This document shows positions 25,570-32,801 of a stretch of DNA of 34,357 bases, one piece after another. Under the pieces are notes generated by a model. That model searched no databases. It saw only the letters and a program-made list of their open reading frames with translations, and was not told the DNA's origin. The stretch is from Myxococcales bacterium (lineage in GTDB: Bacteria > Myxococcota_A > UBA9160 > SMWR01). The position numbers and the translations under genes were made by a program. The stretch's first letter is position 1; the number at the start of each line of letters is the position of its first letter. Where the stretch lies: positions 1 through 34,357 of the forward strand of contig JAOTUO010000003.1 of assembly GCA_029863845.1 (NCBI GenBank), written 5' to 3'.

Positions 25570-27735
25570 ATGTCGCATCGGCCAAGGATCGCATTCCCGC
25601 TCGTCGTGCTCGCCTTGCTCGCCGGCGCATCCGTTGCCGCCGCCGCGATCGAGGAGCCCGTCTACACCGAGGACGACTACCAGGAGTTCGACAACGCCGA
25701 CTGCCTGGGCTGTCACGAGGACGAAGAGCTGGAGGCGGACACCGAACGCGGCGAAGGGCTCGAGCTCTACGTGGACGAAGCGATCCTGCGGCACTCGGTT
25801 CACAAGGAGCAGAACTGCACCGGCTGTCACCGGGGCGCGCAGGACTTCGAGGACTCCCCCCACAACGAGGGCGAGCCGCTCGCGCTGAACTGCGCGGGCT
25901 CCGAGTGCCACACCGACGTCGTGTCGGAGTACGACAAGAGCATCCACGGGAAATGGCACGCGAAGGGAGACGAGGAAGCCGCGACCTGCAAGGACTGCCA
26001 CGGCAACCACGCAATCCTGCCTTCTTCGGATCGAAAGTCCAGAACCAACAAGTTCAACCTCCACAAGACCTGCGCCGAGTGTCACGAGAGCGAAGTCGTC
26101 CTCGATTCCCGCCCCATCGATTACGACGCGGCGGTGTCCGACTTCGTCGACTCGATCCACGGGAAGGCGCTGCTGGTGGACGGACTGATCGTGGCTCCGA
26201 CCTGCAATGACTGCCACGGCGTCCACAACATCCTGTCCAAGGAAGACCCGGATTCCAGGGTCAGCAGAGAGATGGTGCCGAAGACCTGCGGCGAGTGTCA
26301 CGTCCTGGTGGAGGGCGTCTTCAACGCGAGCGTCCACGGAATGACCCTCAACTCCCACGACGTCAGCGCCCCGGTCTGCACCACCTGCCATCCCTCGCAC
26401 GTCTCCGAGCTGCCCTCGGGTCTGGAGTTCCGCCTGCACGCGGACCGGATGTGCGGCGATTGTCACGCAGAGCAGCTCGCCGGCTACCGCGACACCTTCC
26501 ACGGCAAGGCGATTGCGCTGGGTCGCCAGGACGTCGCGGCCTGTTACGACTGCCACGGCCACCACGACATCGCCGAGACCCACGATCCAGTCTCGTACAT
26601 CAGCGACGAACGACGGGTGGAGACCTGCAAGAAGTGTCACCCGGCCGCCAACGCGAACTTCGCCCGCTACATGGTCCACGCCAACCACTCCGACCGGGAA
26701 GCCTATCCCCAGCTCTACTACGTCTTCTGGGGCATGACCTGGCTTCTGATCGGAACCTTCGCCTTCTTCGCACTGCACACTCTCCTGTGGCTCTATCGCT
26801 CCATGGCTCTCTACATGAGCGATTCGAGGGAGTGGCGCGACGTGAAGAACCAGGTCCGGGAAGACACCGAAGAGTTCACCCGCTTCACGCCGCTGGACCG
26901 CTTCCTGCACGGCCTGGTCATCGTCAGCTTCCTGCTTCTGGTCATGACGGGAATGCCGCTCAAGTTCTACTACACGGACTGGGCCAAGGTGCTGCTCGGC
27001 GTCATGGGCGGCCAGGCCGTCGCGGCCGTCCTCCACCGCGTGGGAGCCCTGGTCACGATCTTCTACTTCACGGTCCACGTCAGCGCCGTTCTCTACGCGC
27101 TCTTCCAGGGGCGGCGGCGCTTCTTGAATTCGGAGACCGGAAGAATCGACCTCAAGAAGATCGGCGCGGCGCTCACCGGCCCGGATTCTCCGATGCCCGG
27201 CATCCAGGACTTCAAGGACGTCATCGCCCACAACAAGTGGTTCTTCGGGATGGGACCCAAGCCGCAGTTCGACCGCTGGACCTACTGGGAGAAGTTCGAC
27301 TACATGGCGGTCTTCTGGGGCGTGGCGATGATCGGTGCGAGCGGACTGATCATGTGGTTCCCCGAATTCTTCACCCTGCTCCTGCCGGGCTGGTCGATCA
27401 ATGTGGCTCACATCATCCATTCCGACGAGGCGCTGCTGGCGGCCGGCTTCATCTTCACCTTCCATTTCTTCAACGTGCACTTCCGACCCGACAAGTTCCC
27501 GATGGATCCCGTGATGTTCTCCGGCCGAATGTCCAAGTCGGAGCTGATGCACGAGCGCGGGAAGCTGTACGAGCGCTGGGTCGCCGACGGGACACTGGAC
27601 CAGCACCGTGCGGGTCACGAGTGGGATGCCTGGAAGAAGATCGCGCTGCCCGCCGGCTTCATCGCGTTCCTGATCGGCGTCGGCCTGATGATCCTGATCT
27701 ACGTCGCCATGGCGAGCCGCCTTACCGGAGAGTAG
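25570..27735 (+). CDS. Multiheme cytochrome c (10 CxxCH + 1 CX4CH) fused to FdnI/HydC-type cytochrome b (CbcL-like)
   Basis: Sec-type signal. CLGCH, CTGCH, CAGSECH, CKDCH, CAECH, CNDCH, CGECH, CTTCH, CGDCH, CYDCH, CKKCH. TM domain RFTPLDRFLH, VLHRVG, FDRWTYWEKFDY, IIHSDEALLA, TFHFFNVH. SD GGGAGG. Confidence 0.92.
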   Translation: MSHRPRIAFPLVVLALLAGASVAAAAIEEPVYTEDDYQEFDNADCLGCHEDEELEADTERGEGLELYVDEAILRHSVHKEQNCTGCHRGAQDFEDSPHNEGEPLALNCAGSECHTDVVSEYDKSIHGKWHAKGDEEAATCKDCHGNHAILPSSDRKSRTNKFNLHKTCAECHESEVVLDSRPIDYDAAVSDFVDSIHGKALLVDGLIVAPTCNDCHGVHNILSKEDPDSRVSREMVPKTCGECHVLVEGVFNASVHGMTLNSHDVSAPVCTTCHPSHVSELPSGLEFRLHADRMCGDCHAEQLAGYRDTFHGKAIALGRQDVAACYDCHGHHDIAETHDPVSYISDERRVETCKKCHPAANANFARYMVHANHSDREAYPQLYYVFWGMTWLLIGTFAFFALHTLLWLYRSMALYMSDSREWRDVKNQVREDTEEFTRFTPLDRFLHGLVIVSFLLLVMTGMPLKFYYTDWAKVLLGVMGGQAVAAVLHRVGALVTIFYFTVHVSAVLYALFQGRRRFLNSETGRIDLKKIGAALTGPDSPMPGIQDFKDVIAHNKWFFGMGPKPQFDRWTYWEKFDYMAVFWGVAMIGASGLIMWFPEFFTLLLPGWSINVAHIIHSDEALLAAGFIFTFHFFNVHFRPDKFPMDPVMFSGRMSKSELMHERGKLYERWVADGTLDQHRAGHEWDAWKKIALPAGFIAFLIGVGLMILIYVAMASRLTGE

Positions 27736-27740
27736 TCGCC

Positions 27741-29687
27741 ATGTCGGGCATCGCAGCGCGCAGCAGCACGAGCTTCCTCGAGCCGCGAGTCGCTCTGGCG
27801 GTCTCCGTCCTGCTGCTGCTGGGATGGGTGGGCTTCGCAAAGGCCGCCCAAGCGGATCTCGAAGACGCAGCTCCCGAGGAGGAGATCGAGGCCGAGTCCT
27901 GCGGAGACTGTCACGACGAAGGTCGCGAGGACGCGCCGATCGTCACCCCGGACTTGATCGAGAGCTCCGTACACGAGGACCTGGAGTGTGAAGACTGTCA
28001 CGCCGACGCAGAGGTCGACCTACACGAGCAGCAACTCGATCTCGTCGCGTGCGAAGACTGCCACGAGGACGAAGCGGAGGTCTACGTAAAACACGGAAGG
28101 CTGGCGGTCGGAACGGACGTAGACCTCCCCAGCTGTTCCGACTGCCACGGCACGCACGAAATCCTCGTATCCGACGACGAGGCTTCGCGGGTCCATCCCC
28201 TGAATCTGCCCGATACGTGCGGAAGCTGCCACGAGGACTATGCCCTCACACTGAACCACAAATTCCTCCCGAAGCATCCGGTCGAGACGTACAGGGAGAG
28301 CGTGCACGGCAAGGCGACCTCTGGCGGTCGCTACAAGGCCGCGACCTGCAACGATTGTCATTCCACCGACAATACGGCGCACCGGATCCTCTCTCCGGGT
28401 GATCCGGAATCCACGATCAATCACTTCGCCATTCCCCGGACATGCGGTCGGTGCCACGAAGCCATCGAAAAAGACTACTGGGACGGAATTCATGGGCAGC
28501 TGACTGCGAGGGGGGAGACCGAGTCGCCCGTGTGCACCCACTGTCACGGCGAGCACCGGATCATTTCGCCCGACGATCCGCGCTCGCCCGTCAGCCCCAG
28601 CCACGTGGCGGAGGCGACCTGCGCCCCCTGCCACGAGTCGGCCACACTCAACGAGAAATACGGGATTCCGGCGGGACGCCTGGCTTCCTTCATCGATTCC
28701 TATCACGGATTGAAGAGCAAGGCGGGTGACGTCTCGGTTGCGAATTGCGCCTCGTGTCATGGTGCACACCGGATACTGCCGCATACGGATGAAACCTCGT
28801 CGATCTATGTCGACAATTTGCAGCAGACCTGCGGCGAATGTCATCCGGGCATTTCCGAAGAAATGGCTCAGTCGAAGATCCACGAAATCGGCTGGACGCG
28901 TATGAGCGGCTGGCCCGACTTCTTTGCGGTCATGTACATGATCATGATCACGGTCACCCTCTTCGGGATGCTCCTCTACATCGCTATGGACTTCCGACGG
29001 CAGCTCGGGAAGGTGCTGCGCGCAGAGCAGGTCCGACGCATGACGCGATGGGAGCTCTTGCAGCACACCGGGCTGATGATCGCGTTCCTCGTCATGGTCG
29101 TTACGGGCTTCGCGCTTCGGTTCTCGGACGCGTGGTGGGCGACGCTGCTGTTCGGCAGGGAAGGCGGGTTCCCGCTGCGCAACACGATTCACCGGGCCAC
29201 GGGGGTGATTCTGGTACTGCTGTCGCTGGCGCACCTCTTCTACCTGCGCGGCACCCGAGGACGCGAATTCCTCAGGGATGTCTTTCCTTCGCTGAGCGAT
29301 CTCGTTCAGCTTCGTCAGATGCTCCGGTACAACCTGGGGCTTTCGGACGAGAGGCCGCGCTTTGGCAGGTTCGGCTTCGGTGAGAAGTTCGAGTACTGGG
29401 CGCTGGTGTGGGGAATGGTCATCATGACCGTGACCGGCACGATGCTGTGGTTCGACAACTACTTCGTGAGGATCGTGCCCAAGGGCGTGCTCGACGTGAT
29501 GTTGGTGATCCACTATTACGAGGCGTGGCTGGCGACCATCTCGATCCTGATCTGGCACATGTATTCGACGATCTTCAATCCGGCCGTGTATCCGATGAAT
29601 CCTTCCTGGCTCACCGGCAAGATGCCGGTCGAGCAGTACCGGCATGAGCACCTGGGTGACGAAGTGGACGCCGGATGGCACCTGTGA
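27741..29687 (+). CDS. Second multiheme cytochrome c (11 CxxCH) fused to cytochrome b (CbcL-like paralog)
   Basis: Signal peptide. CGDCH, CEDCH, CEDCH, CSDCH, CGSCH, CNDCH, CGRCH, CTHCH, CAPCH, CASCH, CGECH. ELLQH, TIHR, FGRFGFGEKFEYWA, VIHYYEAWLA, IWHMY, MNPSWLTG. Confidence 0.92.
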   Translation: MSGIAARSSTSFLEPRVALAVSVLLLLGWVGFAKAAQADLEDAAPEEEIEAESCGDCHDEGREDAPIVTPDLIESSVHEDLECEDCHADAEVDLHEQQLDLVACEDCHEDEAEVYVKHGRLAVGTDVDLPSCSDCHGTHEILVSDDEASRVHPLNLPDTCGSCHEDYALTLNHKFLPKHPVETYRESVHGKATSGGRYKAATCNDCHSTDNTAHRILSPGDPESTINHFAIPRTCGRCHEAIEKDYWDGIHGQLTARGETESPVCTHCHGEHRIISPDDPRSPVSPSHVAEATCAPCHESATLNEKYGIPAGRLASFIDSYHGLKSKAGDVSVANCASCHGAHRILPHTDETSSIYVDNLQQTCGECHPGISEEMAQSKIHEIGWTRMSGWPDFFAVMYMIMITVTLFGMLLYIAMDFRRQLGKVLRAEQVRRMTRWELLQHTGLMIAFLVMVVTGFALRFSDAWWATLLFGREGGFPLRNTIHRATGVILVLLSLAHLFYLRGTRGREFLRDVFPSLSDLVQLRQMLRYNLGLSDERPRFGRFGFGEKFEYWALVWGMVIMTVTGTMLWFDNYFVRIVPKGVLDVMLVIHYYEAWLATISILIWHMYSTIFNPAVYPMNPSWLTGKMPVEQYRHEHLGDEVDAGWHL

Positions 29688-29986
29688 CCGGGACGCTGGC
29701 ACGCGACCTCGAATAGCCGAGGCCAACGAGGTGTCCGCGAGCAGCCGTGTCCCACGCGCGGCCGAGGACCTACACCGGAACAGCAGTCTGCGGGCTCCCT
29801 GGGATGAGGGGTGGCTCGCTCGGGGCGAGCGCCCGACGCAGTCGCGGACTGTGTCGATTCGCCCGCCGGACTGTAGAGGCACACCCCAGGCAGCGCCCCT
29901 GCGGTGCAGGCCCGGCAGCCTGCGCGCACCGTCCCGTAGCACTGTGTTTTCAGGCAGTTAGAGATTCGATGCGATGGGTACGAGCG

Positions 29987-30003
29987 GTGGTATGGCTCTT
30001 GCA
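29987..30003 (+). promoter_or_regulatory. Second sigma54 (-24/-12) promoter
   Basis: GTGGTATGGCTCTTGCA: GG(29989-90)-N10-GC(30001-02) with TTGCA. IHF-like TTTCAGGCAGTTA at 29948-29960. Confidence 0.75.
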
Positions 30004-30081
30004 ATACGCGAAGGACGGCTGGCGGCGGGCGATGGCGCTCGTCCGTGCGGGCCGGTGCGGGTCTTCCACGAGGCACGCCTC

Positions 30082-30204
30082 ATGGTTGCCATCTTCGTCG
30101 TCCTGTTGATCCTCGGGCTGGTCGCCATCGACGCGGCTCTCCAGCTGAGAAAGCGGCGTCGGGAGCAGCGGGCGATTTCGCCCGATCTCTCTCGAGACCG
30201 CTAG
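30082..30204 (+). CDS. 40-aa single-TM small protein
   Basis: MVAIFVVLLILGLVAIDAALQLRKRRREQRAISPDLSRDR: hydrophobic helix followed by a basic cluster. GAGG 8 nt upstream of the ATG. First ORF after the sigma54 promoter. Confidence 0.6.
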   Translation: MVAIFVVLLILGLVAIDAALQLRKRRREQRAISPDLSRDR

Positions 30205-30262
30205 CCGGGCCCGCAAGCGTCCCCGCCGTCCGCGAGCCGGGCGGGAGTACGACACGTCCCGG

Positions 30263-30287
30263 CCGCTCCCGTCGACGACGGGAGCGG
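30263..30287 (+). other. Perfect 11-bp GC-rich stem-loop in the intercistronic region
   Basis: CCGCTCCCGTC-GAC-GACGGGAGCGG; no U-tract follows. Confidence 0.6.
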
Positions 30288-30354
30288 ACGCGTCCATGCG
30301 TACGTGCGGAGCCGCATCGCAGGCCTGTGACGGACGCGGGAGGAGGCGAGTGCG

Positions 30355-31176
30355 ATGGCCCTGGGCATCTTGACCGACATCACCCGGTGCGTCGGCTGCA
30401 GAGCCTGTGTCTACGCCTGCAAGGAGATCAACGATCTGCCGAGGGACGAGGCGCGCCATCTCAACTCCGAGACCTGGACGTGCGTCGAAGAGCGGGCCGG
30501 ATTGAACGTCCGCAGGCAGTGCATGCACTGCCTGGATCCGGCCTGCGTCTCCGTCTGCCCGGTGGGCGCTCTCCGGAAGACCTCGGAGGGGCCGGTCGTG
30601 TACGACGAGTCCGCCTGCATGGGTTGCCGCTACTGCATGCTGGCCTGCCCGTACCGGGTGCCCAAGTACGAGTGGCAGAGCGCCCTGCCCCGCATGCAGA
30701 AGTGCATCATGTGCTTCCACCAACGGGTCGAGCAGGGCCAGCAGCCCGCCTGCACCGAGGCCTGCCCGGCTCAGGCCACCATGTTCGGCGAGCGGAACGA
30801 CCTGATCCGCGAGGCACGCGCGCGCATCCGGCGGAGCCCGGAGCGCTACGTGGACCACATCTATGGACTGAAGGAGGCAGGCGGAACCTCCGTCCTCTAC
30901 CTCTCCAGCCTGCCTTTCGAGCGGCTGGGTTTCCCGATGAAGCTGGACGTCGAGGCCTACCCGCGGCTGATCTGGAACATCCTGTCGACCATCCCCAACG
31001 TCGTGCTCACCGGTGGAGTGTTCATGTTCGGGCTCTGGTGGCTCATCAACCGCCGCGAGACGCTGAGCGGCACGCCCAGATCGCCGGCGGACGCCCAGAG
31101 CATCGCATCGTCGTCGCAGGACGAAGGCCCGGAGCCCGGAGCGGGTGGAGACCGCACGCGCGCCGAAGAGGAGTGA
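30355..31176 (+). CDS. 4x[4Fe-4S] ferredoxin-like subunit (HybA/HmcB/FdnH-like) with C-terminal TM helix
   Basis: CVGCRACVYAC, CMHCLDPACVSVCP, CMGCRYCMLACP, CIMC...PACTEACP; YVDHIYGLKEAGGTSVLYL; C-terminal TM then INRR. SD GGAGGAGG. Confidence 0.93.
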   Translation: MALGILTDITRCVGCRACVYACKEINDLPRDEARHLNSETWTCVEERAGLNVRRQCMHCLDPACVSVCPVGALRKTSEGPVVYDESACMGCRYCMLACPYRVPKYEWQSALPRMQKCIMCFHQRVEQGQQPACTEACPAQATMFGERNDLIREARARIRRSPERYVDHIYGLKEAGGTSVLYLSSLPFERLGFPMKLDVEAYPRLIWNILSTIPNVVLTGGVFMFGLWWLINRRETLSGTPRSPADAQSIASSSQDEGPEPGAGGDRTRAEEE

Positions 31177-31181
31177 CGACC

Positions 31182-32801
31182 ATGAAGCGGCTCTGGTCTG
31201 TCCTGAGCTTCTGGAGGGTGCTGGCCGCCGCGGTCGCGGGCATCGGGATCTGGGCCACGGTGGTCCGCTTCACCCAGGGACTGGGAGCGGCCACGAACCT
31301 GTCGGATCAGTTCCCCTGGGGCCTCTGGATCGGCTTCGACCTGCTGGTGGGAGTGGCGCTGGCCGCCGGCGGATTCACCATCACCGCGACGGTCTACATC
31401 TTCAATCTAGAGCGCTTCAGGCCCATCGTCCGTCCTACGGTGCTGACGGCATTCCTCGGGTACCTGCTGGTCATCTTCGCCCTGCTGTTCGACCTGGGCC
31501 GTCCCTACCGGATCTGGCATCCGCTGATCATGTGGAATACCCGCTCGGCGCTGTTCGAGGTGGCCTGGTGCGTAATGCTCTACACGACGGTCCTGGCCCT
31601 CGAGTTCAGCCCCATGCTGCTGGAGCGCCTGAGGTTGGAGAAGCCCGCGCGGATCATCCGGGGGCTTTCGGTTCCGCTCGTCATCGTGGGGGTGCTGCTT
31701 TCCACCCTGCATCAGTCCTCGTTGGGCACGCTGTTCGTGATCGTCCCCGAGAAGATGCACGGCCTCTGGTACACGCCCATGCTGCCCGTGGCCTTCTTCG
31801 TGAGCGCCATCGCCGCCGGCCTGAGCATGGTCATCGTGGAGTCCTTCATCAGCGCGCGAGCTTTCGGCCGGCGGCTCGAACACGATCTACTGGAGGACGT
31901 GGGTCGGGCGATCGTGGTGGTGCTGGCGCTCTACTCGATCATCAAGCTACAGGATCTGCTCATCCGGGGGGTCGCTGATCTCCTCTTCGTGCGGTCTCCC
32001 GAGTCGCTCCTGTTCCAGGTAGAGCTGGTCTTCGGGGTCGTGCTGCCCATGATCATGTTCTCCGTGCCCATGGTGCGGCGAAACCGTGGCGGTCTGTTCG
32101 TCGCAGCCCTACTGGTCGTTGTGGGACTCATCCTGAATCGGCTCAACGTGTGCATCACCGGCATGCAGGGTGCCATGGGGCAGGACTATTTCCTGGAGCC
32201 CGGCATGGAAACGGCTTATTTCCCCTCCCTGCTGGAGCTGTCCGTGACGGGATTCCTGGTGGTCATGGGCTGCGTGGGCTTCACGCTGGCCGCCAGGTTC
32301 CTGGAGGTCTTCCCGGAATCCCCTGGTCTGGATGGCGATTACGAGGCGGCGCGGATCGAAGTGCAGACCCATCCGTGGGTGCGCTGGGTCTCCAGGGGCG
32401 TACTCGTAGCCCTGGCGATCGTGTTGGTCGAGGGTGCCGTCACCTTCGACTTCAGCAGCTTCGGTGGGGAGCGCGCCGGGCCCGCGATGCTCATGTCCGC
32501 ACCGACGAACCGGCTGGTGCTTCGGCTACCGCCGGACATGTCGTACCCACCGGGCGAAGAGAGTCCCGGCGTGGTCGAGTTCAGCCATGCGATGCACGTC
32601 GATGCGGAAGAGCCCGACTGTGCCGCGTGTCACCGAGAGGCCTTTCCGCTGGTGCGGCGGGCGGGCATGATCGTGCCGCGGATGACCTGGTCGGGCGAGC
32701 AGCTTCACGAGCAGGGCTGGTGCGGAATGTGCCATGACGGAGACGAGTCCTTTTCCGTCGAGGACGAGGAAGAGTGCGGCAGCTGCCACTTCGAGCCATG
32801 A
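31182..32801 (+). CDS. NrfD/PsrC-family (HybB/HmcC-like) membrane protein fused to a C-terminal triheme c7-type cytochrome
   Basis: GLGAATNLSDQFPWGLWIGFDLL, DLGRPYRIWHP, WNTRSALFEVAWC, LSTLHQSSLG, ILNRLNV; then VEFSHAMH, CAACH, CGMCH, CGSCH. Confidence 0.92.
   Translation: MKRLWSVLSFWRVLAAAVAGIGIWATVVRFTQGLGAATNLSDQFPWGLWIGFDLLVGVALAAGGFTITATVYIFNLERFRPIVRPTVLTAFLGYLLVIFALLFDLGRPYRIWHPLIMWNTRSALFEVAWCVMLYTTVLALEFSPMLLERLRLEKPARIIRGLSVPLVIVGVLLSTLHQSSLGTLFVIVPEKMHGLWYTPMLPVAFFVSAIAAGLSMVIVESFISARAFGRRLEHDLLEDVGRAIVVVLALYSIIKLQDLLIRGVADLLFVRSPESLLFQVELVFGVVLPMIMFSVPMVRRNRGGLFVAALLVVVGLILNRLNVCITGMQGAMGQDYFLEPGMETAYFPSLLELSVTGFLVVMGCVGFTLAARFLEVFPESPGLDGDYEAARIEVQTHPWVRWVSRGVLVALAIVLVEGAVTFDFSSFGGERAGPAMLMSAPTNRLVLRLPPDMSYPPGEESPGVVEFSHAMHVDAEEPDCAACHREAFPLVRRAGMIVPRMTWSGEQLHEQGWCGMCHDGDESFSVEDEEECGSCHFEP

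Noticed and set aside
29696-29712. TGGCACGCGACCTCGAA as another sigma54 site
   Set aside because: No GC at the -12 position.
25093-29942. Long minus-strand ORFs (915 aa, 640 aa), and the 1130-aa and 918-aa plus-strand extensions
   Set aside because: High-GC shadow or open frames. Real starts are 25570, 27741 and 31182, based on SD, signal peptide and domain boundaries.
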